Below are positions 1-12,722 of a stretch of 60,540 bases of DNA, one piece after another; position 1 is the stretch's first letter; each line of letters starts with the position of its first letter. Origin of the DNA: Malacoraja senta (Eukaryota); NCBI GenBank assembly GCA_038087875.1, contig JAXLNO010002420.1:62001-122540 (forward strand). The letters run 5' to 3'. The notes under the pieces are model-generated. The model did not search any database. It had not been told where the DNA came from and saw nothing but the letters and a program-made list of their open reading frames with translations. Both the position numbers and the translations under genes were made by a program.

Positions 1-228
1 ACCGCTCGGCTTTCCTCTTGGTGCTCAGAGGGCAGTGGAGGCCGGTTCTCTGGATACTTTCAAGAGAGAGCTAGATGGGCCTCTTAAAGATAGCGGGGTC
101 AGGGGATATGGGGAGAAGGCAGGAACGGGGTACTGATTGGGGATGATCAGCCATGATCACATTGAATGGCGGTGCTGGCTCAAAGGGCCAAATGGCCTAC
201 TCTTGCACCTATTGTCTATTGTCTATTG
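1..228 (+). mobile_element. 3' end of HER1/CR1-like LINE
   Basis: Tail GGGGATATGGGGAGAAGGCAGGAACGGGGTACTGA...GAATGGCGGTGCTGGCTC...CCTACTC then (CTATTGT)n; the same tail ends the RT-coding LINE at about 18540-18670. Confidence 0.8.
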
Positions 229-1142
229 TTTCCTCCCACGTTCCAAAGACGTGTGTGTTTGTAGGTTTATTGGCCACTGTAAATTGCCCTGAGTGTGTAG
301 GATGTGAAACAGGGAAAACATAGAACTAGTGTATGGGTTGATGGTCAGTGCAGACTCAGTGGGCAGAAAGGCCTGTTTCCATGCTGCATCTGTTAAAAAA
401 GATTGGTGAGCATGATACCCGAATTCAAACGTCACAGAGAAACCAACACATTTTAGTTTGTACAGACAAGAACACCCAAGAATGTTTGTATTCAAACAGA
501 CCAACAAAGTAATAAAGGTTTGCAGGTACAAAGTTCAACAGTGAGCATTGCTTAATCTAATCTTATACTTAGAACATTGTAGACGTAGGGCATTCAGCAC
601 AGGGAGGCTGTCCCATTGAGGGGGACGAGAACAAATGGGGAACTGTGGGGATGGGGGCGCCACTAAGAACAAAGGGGGAACTGGTGGGGATGGGGTCTGC
701 TGCCATGTGTGGCAACAGGCAGTGGATAGGACTGTTCGGTACTTTGTAACTTTGTCTGCGCCAACACATGACGACATTTTTGTACAGCCTAGGTTCAGTT
801 TAGTTTATTGTCACGTGTCGAGGTACAGTGAAAAGCTTTTTGTTGCTTACTAACCAGTCAGTAGAAAGACAATACATGATTACAATAATGTTTAATGCAA
901 GGTGAAGCCAGCAAAGTCCGGTCAAGGATAGACCGAGGTTGCATGGAAAACAAAGCATTTCACTATACCCAGGTACCCTGGGTACATGTGACAATAGAGT
1001 ATCATTCAATCATTCTTTCATTCATCAGTCCTATTCCTCACAATTTATTTTCCATATAACACAGGCACCCATGGCCGCCAATGCTCCTTTGATTTTCTTT
1101 GCCATTTACGTGTGTTGATCTGGCTAATGGGTTTTGTGAAGT

Positions 1143-1432
1143 ACAGCACAGTGGTGCAATGGTAGAGAGTTGCTGCCTCATAGCGCCAGAGACCCAGGTT
1201 CAATCCTGACTTCAGGTCTGTCTATGTGGCGTTTGCACATTTTCACTGTGACCGAGTGGGTTTCCTCCAGGTGTTCCGGTTTCCTCCCACAACCCAAAGG
1301 CATGCAGCTTTGTAGGTTAATTGGCCTATGTAAATTGCCCCTAGTGTGTAAAGAGTGGACGAGAAAGTGGAATAACTAGAGTGAATGGGAGATCAATGGT
1401 CAGCATGGACCCAGTGGGCCTGTTTCCGCTAT
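1143..1432 (+). mobile_element. HE1-like tRNA-derived SINE
   Basis: A-box-like GGTGCAATGGTAGAG and B-box-like GGTTCAATCC, followed by a body shared with more than 12 copies in the window. Confidence 0.8.
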
Positions 1433-1715
1433 AACCATATAATATAACCATATAACAATTACAGCACGGAAACAGGCCATCTCGACCCTTCTAGTCCGTG
1501 CCGAACACGTATTCTTCCCTAGTCCCATATACCTGCGCTCAGACCATAACCCTCCATTCCTTTCCCGTCCATATAACTATCCTATTTATTTTTAAATGAT
1601 AAAAACGAACTTGCCTCCACCACCTTCACTGGAAGCTCATTCCACACAGCCACCACTCTCTGAGTAAAGAAGTTCCCCCTCATGTTACCCCTAAACTTCT
1701 GTCCCTTAATTCTCA
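1433..1715 (-). mobile_element. CR1-like LINE 3' fragment
   Basis: Minus-strand translation LRIKGQKFRGNMRGNFFTQRVVAVWNELP matches the C-terminus of the CR1 ORF at 18380-18500. Confidence 0.8.
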
Positions 1716-2619
1716 AGTCAACCCTTAACTCTAAACTAACCTTAAAAACCACAAAAATTACTGATTTATTGCAAGTAGCTAGATTCAAAACTATTTAAAC
1801 TACTGAAGACGGGTCCTGACTCAAAACATTACCTGTCCATTCCAACCACAGATGCTGCCTGACTCACTGAGTTCCTCCAGTATTTCATTGCTCAAGATTC
1901 CAACATGTCTCGATATTAACTACTTCTTTGAATAACACTGTTGTTTGGTATTTTTATGATATTTTTACGGTAGAATTGCATGCTGAAATGTTCATACCTT
2001 GAACATAGTTGAAAAGGATAGTAATTCATTAATGCATGCAGGAATAGTATTATTAAAATTGACTTTAGTAAAATACCGAATACACTGGCAATATGCAGTA
2101 GGTCAGGCCGCATCTGTGGGCAGGAAAGCAGAATGTTTTAGGCCAGAGACCCTTCAGGACTGGGAAGGAGGAGAAAGAAGAAAGGAGGAACTGAAGATGC
2201 TGGTTAACAAAATAAGACACAGTTTTGGAATAACTCAGTGGGACGGGCAGCATTACTGGAGAGCGTGGAATGCTAAGGTTTTGGGTCAGGACCATTCTTC
2301 AAACTGATTGTGGGGGTAAATAAAGCTGGAAGAGAGGAGGGGCAGAACAAAGTATGGCAGATGATAGGTGATAGATACCAAAATGAGAGAGCAGTCCTGA
2401 ACTACTATCTGCCTCATTTGTGACCCTCGTACTTTCTTTGATCGGACTTTACTGGCTTTACCTTGCACTAAATGTTATTCCCTCATCATGTATCTCTACT
2501 CTGTAAATGGTTAGTTTGTAATCATGTATTGTCTTTACGCTGACTGGTTAGCAGGCAACAAAAGCTTTTCACTGTACCTCTGTACACGTAACAATAGACT
2601 AAACTAAAATGTTGCAGAG

Positions 2620-3660
2620 AGGATTTTCCGACAACAAAGGCCAGAGATGAAAAGACAAAAGGAATTAAAGAATGGTGAATTGTGAAAATAGAGGAATGGA
2701 TGAACGGGACGGGGGAGGGCAGAAATAGATGCAAGTCCAGATGGGGCACAGGGGAGGGGAAGAAATGGGGGGGGTAGGTTACCTAAAATTCTCATCACTT
2801 CCCACACAAACCATAGCATCCCAGGTAATCTCCCCTGCAACTGCGGATGTAACATCTGTTCCTGTACCTCCTCTGTGGTCTGCCTCGAGGGACCATAGCA
2901 GTCCTTCTAGGTGAGACAAGAGATTCATGTACACCTTCTCTAAACTGATCTATTGCATTCCCAATGTGGCCTCCTGTATATCGACGAGACCAAGCATTGA
3001 CTCCACGACCATTTCGCCGAAACTGGATCTGCCATGGACATCTGCACTGGATCTCCTGGTTGCTAACCACTTGAACTTCCTTTCCCATTGCCATATTTAC
3101 CTTTCTGTCTTGGGTCTCCTCCATTGCCAGAGTGAGGTCAATTGCAAACAGCCCCTAATATTCTTCTTGGGTAGCTTTCAACCTGATGGTGTGAACATTG
3201 AACTCGCCAATTTTAGGAAACCTAAGCCCTACTCTCCTCCTCCTCCTCCTCCCCTTTCTCCCCCACACCCATATTTCTCCCCACCGTTGCCCCCCTCCCC
3301 TGTAGCCCACCTGGACTTGCACCTATTTCCCTCCTCTCCCCCTTCCTTCTAAATTTGCCATTTGCAACCTTTCAATTATTTGGTTGCGCACGTTCTGTAT
3401 TTTTATCTCTGGCCCTTGTCCATAATCTCCCTATCAACTCCCCCCATTACCGCCTCCTCACCTATGTTCACCTATTACCTGCCCCTCCTTTCATCCAGTT
3501 TCCTTCATCTCCCCCTTCCCCTCCCCCTCTACAATGCCCATACCACCCCCCCCCCCAACCTCCCACAATGAGTCTGAAGAAGGATCAATTCCACAACACC
3601 ACATATCCATGTTTTCCAATGATACTGCCTGACCTGTCGCGTTGTCCCAGCACTTTGTGT
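2620..3660 (+). mobile_element. Degenerate Penelope-like element (GIY-YIG remnant, pyrimidine-rich 3' region, hammerhead-like tail) with an inverted 3' segment at its 5' end
   Basis: 2900-3215 resembles the PLE endonuclease (FTxTFSKLIYCI...LLVANHLNF...LSVLGLLHCQSE). 2700-2790 is an inverted copy of about 3205-3330. A CTGAAGAAGG tail begins at about 3574. Confidence 0.75.
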
Positions 3661-3729
3661 CTTTTTCTAGGAGGAAAAAAAGAAGCACGTTAAGCTGCAG
3701 GAAGTGTGGGGGAGGGAGAATGTCTTTCA

Positions 3730-3827
3730 ATGATAGACACAGAAAGCTGGAGTAACTCAGCGGGACAGGCAGCATCTCTGGAGAGAAGGAATGGGTGACG
3801 TTTCGGGTCGAAACCCCTTTTCAGACT
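3730..3827 (-). mobile_element. Short PLE-derived repeat with near-consensus hammerhead-like core
   Basis: Minus strand 3824-3797 reads CTGAAAAG-GGGT-TTCG-ACCC-GAAA-CGTC: stem II with a UUCG loop, and G8 substituted. Confidence 0.7.
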
Positions 3828-4479
3828 TTCCAAGCCTTATCTGGTAGAATTTAATGAGATAGACATCTGTTTGTGGTCGAATGCATTATCTGAAAGCTGA
3901 ATGTAAATTGTACTGTTAAGGCTTTACAATACGTCATTGGTAAAAATGTGCATGGATTGAGCATATGGGCTTAATTGTCCTCCTGCTTTGAAGGAAAGCT
4001 CACAGCATGTCTCAATTGCATGTCAACCTAGTATCATAAAAACAACTGCTGTAGGAACTCAGGTGGTAGAGGAACATCTTTGTAAGAAGGAACTGCAGAT
4101 GCTGGTTTACACCGAAGATAGACACAAAATGCTGGAGTAACTCAGTGGGTCATGCAGCATTATTGGCAAAAGGAAATAGGTAACATTTCAGGTTGAGACC
4201 CTTCCTCACATCTTCAAGAGTCAAGAGTATTTTATTGTCATATGTCCCAGATAGGACAATGACATTCTTACTTGCTGCACAACAGAAGGGAATGTAATTT
4301 GGAGGGAATTAAATTTTTCACAATGATTTTTAACTGGTACAGTAAGTCACTTCTATTATTCATAAACCATTGTAGTAATATTTTCAAAACAATATTTGAA
4401 ATGGCATAAGACCAAGACTGCATGCGAAGTCATCTTCTGATACAGTTTAGGATTTGGCAGGAAATGCTAAAAATATGGT

Positions 4480-4765
4480 TCAGCACGGTGGTGCAGCGGC
4501 AGAGCTGCAGCCTTACAGCGCAAGGGACCCGGGTTTGATCCTGACTACGGTTTCTCTCTGCATGGAGTTTGTACGTACTTCCCATGACAGGTGCAGGTTT
4601 CCTCCGGATTCCTCCCACATTCCAATGACATACCAATTGGCTTAGTAAAATTCTAAATTGTCCCAAGTGTGCATAGAATAGTGATAGTGTGCGGGGATCG
4701 CTGGTCGGCGTGGATTCGGTGGGCTGAAGGACCGGTTTCTGCACTGTATCTCTAAATTGAACTAA
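4480..4765 (+). mobile_element. HE1-like SINE
   Basis: CAGCACGGTGGTGCAGCGGCAGAG...GGGTTTGATCC head; tail TGTATCTCTAAATTGAACTAAA. Confidence 0.8.
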
Positions 4766-5389
4766 ATACCCAGAAAGCAAGGAAAAGTTCAAGCTTAAGG
4801 AGAGGAAATCTGAATTCACATTCTAGACCTTCATCATTTAATTTGGCAACTAAAATGTTGCAACTCTATTTACTTCCACAGATGCTGTTGGATCATTTCC
4901 AACATGTTATATCTCTGTGTCAAGTTTATAGCACCATGTCATTATTTTACCTTATTTTCCACTGAAAATGGAAAGGTTGTTTGGTAGATTTGTAATGTAA
5001 TCATACCCTAGAACATGGGTCCTTTGCTGATTAATATTGAGAGTTGAGTCCAGCAATACATTCCTCAGGGCTCGAGCAATTGTGCTCTTGACCTGCTGTG
5101 AATTTATCAGAGAGAAGAATAAGGATGTGTAAAAGTGTAGTTATGCCGGCTGAAGTATGTACATTTTTGAGATGGTAGAGAAAATGGGAAGATGAATCAC
5201 TTCTGTTCAGAAGACATTTAACAAGGTTACACTTAAAGTGTTTATAAACATTTGTGAGGTAGGATCAGGTTATTTGACTGGAAGGTAATTTTCCCCAAGT
5301 GAATGTGGGTGGTGGGAAAATTGAGAGAGGAGATTAATTGGAATGTGAGATTTACATGGAAACATAGAAAATACTGTAGGTGCAGGAGT

Positions 5390-5837
5390 AGGCACGTAAG
5401 CCAGACCCGTTTAACCCCCTGGAGATGGTCTGTAGTGATACCTTCTAACGAGGTTTTATGTAACTAACAATATTGCTAGTTCAGAGTCTATAAGGCTCTT
5501 AGGGACCTTAACATTCTGGTGTAGATGTGTGACCCCACACAACCCAAGGTCCATGGGATATGCAAACATCTAGTTTGACCTTATGCCCCTGGTCTACTCT
5601 GCTTGACTAAGTCATAAACATAAAACCTTATTATTGCCCGCAGATCTTCTTATCCAGTGTTAACTTATGCAATGACTGGACCCGTTGCGCTGAACTCAGC
5701 GCCATGAGCATAATCACGAGTAAGTGAGTTTGACCAAGGACAGGGATGTAGCTGGAGCCCACCGGCGAATTGACGTAGCACAATGTTAACAACCCATATC
5801 TCCACGTCTCTAGGCCTGAGTTGAAGATACCCTTCAT
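5390..5837 (-). mobile_element. DIRS-type tyrosine recombinase remnant
   Basis: Minus-strand fragments MKGIFNS, IMLMALSSAQRVQSLHKLTLD and SYIKPR*KVSLQTISR resemble DIRS YR motifs (recognised by eye); contains stops and frameshifts. Confidence 0.62.
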
Positions 5838-5874
5838 AATCTAGATGTCAGAGGGTGAAGACTGCGCCAGCACG

Positions 5875-6095
5875 CATGCTGATCATCCAAAATCAGTACC
5901 CCGTTCCTGCTTTTTACCCATACCCTTGATTCCATTAGCCCTAAGAGCTAAATCTAACTCTATCTTGAAAACATCCAGTGAATTGGTCTCCACTGCCTTC
6001 TGTGGCAAAGAATACCACAGATATACAACTCTCTGGGTGAAAACGTTTTTCCTTATCTCATTCCTAAATGGCCTATCCCTTATTTTTAAACTATG
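5875..6095 (-). mobile_element. HER1/CR1-like LINE 3' fragment
   Basis: Minus ORF LKIRDRPFRNEIRKNVFTQRVVYLWYSLPQKAVE followed by the family tail. Confidence 0.8.
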
Positions 6096-6156
6096 ACACA
6101 AATTTCTGTGTTCGATGACTTTATTCTCCTCAGTGATTTGGTGCACATGTTAATAG

Positions 6157-6462
6157 TTTAGTTTAGAGATATAGAGCAGAAACAGGCCCTTTGGCCCACC
6201 GAGTCTGCACCGGACAGCGATTCACGCACCTTAACGCTACCTTACACACAAACGTGGGACAATTTAATATTTACACCAAGCCCATTAACCTATAAACATG
6301 TATGTCTTTGGAGTGTGGGAGGAAATCGATGGTCTTGGAGAAAACCCATGCAGATCACGGGGAGAAAGTACAAACTCCATACAGACAGCACCTATAGTTA
6401 GGATCGAACCCGGGTCTCTGGCACTGTGAGGCAGTCACTCTACCTCTACTGCACCGTGCCAC
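6157..6462 (-). mobile_element. HE1-like SINE
   Basis: Reverse complement of the SINE head and body; TTTAGTTTAG tail at the left end. Confidence 0.78.
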
Positions 6463-6482
6463 CCATAATAGTGCTGCCCAAA

Positions 6483-7215
6483 AGTCAAGAGAGTTTTATT
6501 GTCATGTGTCCCAGATAGGACAATGAATTCTTGCCTGTTGCAGCACAACAGAATATGTAAACATAATACAGAGATAAAACAGAGAGATGAGTGTGTGGCA
6601 GGATGGTGTGGGTCTTTGATGATGTTGGCAGCCATTTTGAGGCAGCGACTGCGATGGATCCCTTCGATGGAAGGGAGGTCAGAGCCGAAGATGGACTGGG
6701 CAGTAGTCACAAACTTTCTGGATTCTTTTCCGCTCCTGGACGTTCAAGTTGCCGAACCAAGCCACGATGCAACCAGTCAGCATGCTCTCTACTGTGCACC
6801 TGTACAAGTCCGAGAGAGACCTCCTTGACATACCAACTCTCCGTAATCTTCTCAGGAAGTAGAGGCGCTGATGTGCCTTCTTTATAATTGCATCAGTGTG
6901 CTGGGACCTGGAAAGATCTTCGGAAATATGCACGCCCAGGAATTTGAAGTTCTTGACCCTTTCCACCATCGTCCCGGGATATAAACGGGATTGTGGGTTC
7001 ATATCCTACCTCTTCCAAAGTCCACAATCAGTTCCTTGGTTTTACTGGTGTTGAGGGCCGGGTTATTGTGCTGGCACCATTTGGTCAATCGGTCGATCTC
7101 ACTAATATACTCTGACTCATCACCATCAGTGTTTCGTCCCACAACAGTGGTGTTGTCGGCGAACTTGATGATGGAGTTCGGACTATGTCTGGCTGCGCAG
7201 TCATGAGTTTAGAGT
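6483..7215 (-). mobile_element. 5'-truncated Rex1/Babar-clade LINE (RT C-terminus plus tail)
   Basis: ERVKNFKFLGVHISEDLS...IIKKAHQRLYFLRRLRRVGMS...YRCTVESMLTGCIVAWFGN. Further upstream on the minus strand, an ADDTTVVG-type RT motif lies near 7140-7160. Confidence 0.85.
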
Positions 7216-7620
7216 GAGTACAGAAGAACAGTTTTCTTGTTTTTCAGTCATCAATATTCTCACTAGAATGGGCCATAAAAAAGTACTTCCTGTGGAAAAA
7301 GTTCAGTGACTTGGGGGAAAAAGATTTAAACTAATTGGTCAACTAAATTGTAAAAGACAATGTAAAAAGAATACACATGTGATCCATGAACTAGTTCAAA
7401 GAGCTGCCTTGCCTCAGGCACCATCCACTGAATGCTGCCGAGTGGTGTATTTGTGGGATACTTTGTAGGATTGCATGGAATAAAAATATACATCAATCAT
7501 AAATGATTTAAATGGCACACAGGATGCCAAGTTTTATTTACACTCTATTTGTAAACACAGAACAATGCTGCACAAGGCAGGATGTACAGGAAGGAACTGC
7601 TGATGCTGGTTAAAACTCTT

Positions 7621-8311
7621 CAGTGAGTCCCTCAGCACGTACTCCTGCAGTCTGGAATGGACAGATGATGTTTTGGGTCAGACGCTTCTTCAGACTGATT
7701 GTAATAGAAAGCTGAAAAAGAGATGTGGGGCTGGGACAAAGCCTGGCAAGTGATACAGGTGATAAGACACAAAAAGCTAGAGTAACTCAGCGGGACAGGC
7801 AGCATCTCTGGAGAGAAGGAATGGGTGATGTTTCTGGTCGAGACCCTTCTTCAGACACTTTGTCTCCTTTTCACCTCTAGCCATTGCCACTTACTCCACC
7901 CATCTATTTATCTAAATCCGTTCTCTAGTCGCACCAGCTTCTCGTTTTCACCCAACAAATAACTTACAATGGCCTGTTTCCTTTATCATCGTTACTTTTT
8001 TGCATATCTTTCATTCATTGTTCTTTATCTCTCTACATCCTTTTCTATATCTCTTGTTTCCCTTATCCTCAACTAGTCTGAAGAAGAATCTCGACCTGAA
8101 AAGTCACCCATTCCTTCTCTCCAGAGATGCTGCCTGTCCCACTGAGTTACTCCAGCTTTTTATGTCTTATCACCTGTATCACTTGCCAGGCTTTGTCCCA
8201 GCCCCACAACTCTTTTTCAGCTTTCTATTACAATCAGTCTGAAGAAGTGTCTGACCCAAAACATCATCTGTCCATTCCAGACTGCAGGAGTATGTGCTGA
8301 GGGACTCACTG
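7621..8311. repeat. Long inverted repeat (arms about 236 bp: 7621-7856 and 8076-8311; 219-bp spacer) built from PLE hammerhead-type repeats
   Basis: CAGTGAGTCCCTCAGCACGTACTCCTGCAGTCTGGAATGG... is the reverse complement of ...CCATTCCAGACTGCAGGAGTATGTGCTGAGGGACTCACTG; the match continues with few mismatches through both arms. Confidence 0.9.
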
Positions 8312-8659
8312 GAGCTTGTTGCAGCCAACACCAAGGCTCAGTGGAGGTCTACAGTCTAGGGTCCTTCGTGGCAATACATTGGGGGGCTGCAACTGGTGAA
8401 GACGCCCCTCAAACAAGGGAAGGGCTATTAACCCAGGAGGGCTATACAAGTGGCAAGGGTGCTTGATATAAGGATAGTTTGTGAACACAACCAAAAATAA
8501 CTGTAATTAATCCATGTGTGGACACTGAGAATGGCAGAAACGTTGTTTGCACTGTTCTTGTTTTGTATATATTTCATTATTCTGAATAATGTTTATTTTA
8601 ACTGGGATAAAATCCCTCCAGATATTACCTGACCTGCTGAGTCTCTGCAGCCCTTTGTG

Positions 8660-9900
8660 TTTTGCAGTGAATAGTATATATGATGTGGATGTGAATATTG
8701 GTGGTTTGATTAGTAGGTTTGCAGATGACATGTACATTGAAGAAGGTTGTCTATGGATCCAGTGGGATACAGATTAGCTAGAGAGCTGGATGGAGCAATA
8801 GCAGAAGGAATGTAATCCAGAGATGTGTGAAGTTGTGCGTGTCGGCATGTCATGTTCTGGTAGGACATAAACGGTAAGAACCTGAGGGGTGTTAATATAC
8901 AGAGTGTCCTTGGGTTGCAAGTTCATTGATACGTGAAAATGCCGACAAGGGGAGACAGGAAAGCAAAAAATGCACTTTGGCATGCTTGTCCACTTAGACA
9001 TAGCAACATATAAAATTGGTGCAGGAGTAGGCCATTTGGCCCTTCAAGCCAGCACCACCATTCAATATGGTCATGGGTGATCAACCAGAATCAGTACCCT
9101 GTTCCTGCTTTCTCCCCATATCCCTTGATTTCGTTAACCCTAAGAGCTAACTCTCTCTTGAATACATTCAGTGAATTGGTCTCCGCTGCCTTCTGTGGCA
9201 GAGAATTCCACAGATTCACAACACTCTGGGTGAAAAGGTTTTCCCCATCTCAATCCTAAATGGCCTACCCCTTATTTGTAAACTGTGACCCCTGGTTCTG
9301 GACTCCCCCAACATTGAGAATATTTTTCCTGCATCTAGTCTGTCAAATCCCTTGTTAGTATTCGGTTTCTATCTGATTCCCTCTCATCCTTCTGAATTCC
9401 AGTGAATATAATCCCAGTCGATTCATTCTTTTATTTTATGTCAGTCCTGCCATCCTGGGAATTAACCTGGTGAACTTTGCTGCACTCCTTCAATAGCAAG
9501 AACGTCCTTCTTCAAACTAGGTGACCAAGACTGCACAAAATACTCCAGGTGCAGTCTCACCAGGGCCCTGTATAACTGAATAGACTCTGGCATCAAGTAT
9601 ATGAGTTGAGAAATCAAACAAAACATTGGTTAGGCTGCACATGGAGTATTGTGTAGAGTTTTGGTCGCTCCTCTACTAACGTTACTGTGCGGGGATCACT
9701 GGTTGGCGTGGGCCGAAGGGCCTGTTTCTGCAATGTATCTCTAAACTAAAAAGGATGTGATGGCATAAAAAGTAGTGCAGAAGGGTTTTGCCAGGTTGTT
9801 GCCTGGAATAGAGGTCTGGTGTTATGTGAAGAGATTGGATAGGCTGCATTTATTCTCACTAGAATGCAGGAGTGAAATAATGAGGGCTATAGATTGTGTC
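8660..9900 (+). mobile_element. Old CR1-like RT fragment interrupted by an antisense HER1-like 3' fragment (about 8996-9580)
   Basis: IYDVDVNIGGLISRFADDM at about 8680-8735; the C-terminal part resumes at about 9590; the inner piece is the reverse complement of the HER1 tail. Confidence 0.65.
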
Positions 9901-9904
9901 GGAA

Positions 9905-10220
9905 GGATCTGCAGATGCAGGTTTAAACTGAAGAAAGACACAAAAAGCTGGAGTAACTCAGTGGGACAGGCAGCATCATTGGAGAGAAGGAATGGGTGAT
10001 ATTTCGGGTCGAGACCTTTTCGGGTCGAAACGCTTCTTCAGGAAGGATTAACAGATGTTGGTTTACACCGAAGACAGACATAAAATGCTGGAGTAACTCA
10101 GCAGGACAGGCAGCATCTTTGGAGGGAAGGAATGAGTGACGTTTCTAAACATCATCCATTCCTTCTCTCCATAAATACTGCCTGCCCTGCTGAGTTACTC
10201 CAGCATTTTGTGTCTATCAT
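9905..10220. mobile_element. Tandem plus foldback cluster of hammerhead-type PLE repeats
   Basis: Two minus-orientation units, then a plus-orientation unit joined head-to-head at about 10145. Confidence 0.7.
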
Positions 10221-10677
10221 TGGGGTATAGATAGGATAGAGAGTAACTGTCTCTTTCCCGGGGCAGTGGGGACTAGAACTGGAGGTTTAAGGTGATGGGA
10301 GAGAAATGTCAAGGGGATCTGAGCAGACGTTTCTCACCACAGTAGTTATCTGGAATGAGCTGCAGGGGAGATGGTAGAGGCAGACATAATCACAATGTCT
10401 ATAAAGCATTTGGACTTTTGGTAGGAAAGTCATGGAGGGATAAGGGCGTAATTCATGTAATTGTAGATAAACATCTCGGTCAGCATAGACAAGATTGGGC
10501 AAAAGGGCCTGTTTATATGCTGCAGGATTCAGTTTATTTTAAGATTCTTTCTGTGGTTTTCATGTTGCTATCTCTATTAGCCAGAATAATCACTAAAAAT
10601 GGCTCAAGCAGTCTACACCAGAGAGAACACAGCGTGAACCAAAGGAAGTGAGATATGTAAAATAGGTTCTTTAGTTT

Positions 10678-10992
10678 TTTAATTTAGATACACAGCGCGG
10701 AAACAGGCCTTTCAGCCCACCAAGTCTGCACTGACCAGCGACTAACCCGCACACTAATACCATCCTATGCACACGAGGGACAATTTGACACATGCATCAA
10801 GTCAATTAACCTACATTCCTGCACATCTTTGGAGTGGGAGGAAATCGAAGATCTCAGCGAAAATCCACACAGGTCACGGGGAGAACGTACTAACTCTGTA
10901 CAGACAGCACCCATAGTCAGGATTGAAACCGGGTCTCTGGCACTGCAAACACTGTAAGGCAGCAACTCTACCACTGTGCCACTGTGCCGCCC
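10678..10992 (-). mobile_element. HE1-like SINE
   Basis: Reverse complement of the SINE (CAGCACCCATAGTCAGGATTGAAACCGGGTCTCTGGCACT). Confidence 0.78.
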
Positions 10993-11079
10993 TTATTGGT
11001 AACTTTGTGTGATCTTATTTTGTTATGATGCAAATTCTATGGGAACGCTTTCTCAAAGAGATAGATAATGATGTAGAAA

Positions 11080-11360
11080 CAATGAACTGCAGATGCTGGT
11101 TTGTACCAAAGAGTGTCACAAAGTGCTGGAGTAACTCAACGGGTCAGAGGTGTGCTACAGCATCTCTGTAGAAAAAGGATGGGTGATGCTGGGTGAAGCT
11201 TCAGGTTGGGATCCTTCTTCAGACTGATGTATCGGGTTGGGACCCTTCTTCAGACTAACCCTGCTTGAGACTGAAGTAGGGTCCTGACACGAAGTGTCAT
11301 CCAGCCTTTTTCTCCAGAGATGCTGCTGGTCTCGCTGAGTTACTTTACCACTCTGTGTCT
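11080..11360. mobile_element. Foldback pair of hammerhead-type PLE repeats with a duplicated core
   Basis: A minus-orientation unit with two CCTTCTTCAGACT cores, followed by a plus-orientation unit (CTGAAGTAGGGTCCTGACACGAAG...). Confidence 0.65.
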
Positions 11361-11682
11361 AAGGTTGATAATGAGTTGTTCAATCCTGATGTTTTGTGAT
11401 GTTAATTTCTGCATGTTCACAGGGCAGACTGTGAGAGTAAACAGTTGAAAAACTAGTCTAGCAGGAAATGTGTGGTATTTGAGTAAGTGTGAATGTGGGG
11501 CCTCTCCAGTGAGATGATTGGGGAACTCCCTGACAAAGGGAGATGTGGGGAACAAGTCACCAGGAGGTCACATCAAAGCAGAAGTTAAATGTTACATTGA
11601 TATTTAGAGTCTGCTCTTGATGTACTGGCATGGTGCAATCCGATTTGGACAACTTACTGTATATTGCAGCTCAAGATGGTAT

Positions 11683-11960
11683 AGAGATATAGCATTGGAA
11701 CAGGCTCTTCAGCCCACCAAGTCCACGCTGAACAGCGATCCCCATACAGTAGCAATATCCTATAGACTAGCAACAATTTATAATCTTTACCAAACCCTAT
11801 TAAACTACAAACTCATCTTTGGAGTGTGGGAGGAAGCTGGAGCACCCAGGGAAATCCCACAGGTAGAATGTAAAAACTCCATACAGACAGCACCCATGGT
11901 CAGGATTGAACCTGGCGGTCTCTTGAGCTGTAAGGCAGTAACTCTACCGCTGTTCCACCA
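11683..11960 (-). mobile_element. HE1-like SINE
   Basis: Reverse-complement match to the SINE family. Confidence 0.72.
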
Positions 11961-12429
11961 TGTCACCCTTTTGTGGGGGATCATGCAGAAGCCTCCTCGT
12001 GGCGATCCACAGAACCGATGACACGATGCACTCTGTGACGCGTCGGGCGACCAATTCTGTCAACATGTTGGACGACGACAGAAGCCAACAGTGAGTTACA
12101 CCTCGTCTGACACACGAGCGAATGAACCCTTGTTAGACTAATTAACTGAAGGTTACGACTTATAAATATGATGTGATGCAACTAATTGAGAGTGCAGCAT
12201 AGAGAGTGCAGCACAGAAACAAGCCCTTTGACCCATCAAGTCCATACTAACTATTTTGGGACCTGATCTCTTTTTATCTTCCTGATATTTCCAATACCTA
12301 CCCCTAGAATTTACTCTTTAACGACACACGGAGCAATAAATGGTGGCCTGTGAACCAAATAACTGCCGTGACTTCCCTTTGTGGGTGGAATATCTGAATA
12401 TCATATTTCCAAATGTTGATCAGTAAGGG

Positions 12430-12722
12430 CGACATGGTGGGGCAGCGATAGAGTTGCTGCCTTAAAGTGCCAGAGCCCCGGGTCCGATCCTGACTATGGG
12501 TGCTGTCTGTACGGAGTTTGTACATTCTCCCCATGACCAGTGGGTTTTCGCCAAGATCTTCGGTTTCCTCCCACACTCCAAAGACGTACAGGTTTGTAAG
12601 TTAATAGGCTTGATATAAATGTAAATTGTCCTTCGTGTGTAGGATAGTGTTAATGTGGGGGGATCTGTACGGACTCGTGCTGAAGGGCCTGTTTCCACAC
12701 TGTATCTCTAAACTAAACTAAA
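12430..12722 (+). mobile_element. HE1-like SINE
   Basis: Head GGTGGGGCAGCGATAGAG...GGGTCCGATCC; tail TGTATCTCTAAACTAAACTAAA. Confidence 0.8.

Noticed and set aside
1143-1215. tRNA-like sequence at SINE heads
   Set aside because: A/B boxes continue into the SINE body in many copies, with no complete cloverleaf; not tRNA genes.
3931-3991. ACGTCATTGG (X2/Y-box-like) followed by ATG GGC TTA ATT GTC CTC CTG CTT, reading MGLIVLLL like a shark class I leader
   Set aside because: In-frame TGA at 3989-3991 and no phase-1 GT donor; short motifs like this are expected by chance. A decayed leader cannot be fully excluded.
8531-8632. Short hydrophobic ORF MAETLFALFLFCIYFIILNNVYFNW as leader exon
   Set aside because: No suitable GT donor before the stop; the T-rich composition explains the hydrophobicity.
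11520-11530. GGGGAACTCCC, matching an NF-kB/enhancer-A consensus upstream of alpha1
   Set aside because: About one match to this degenerate consensus is expected in 13 kb on two strands; no accompanying ISRE/SXY module or leader exon.
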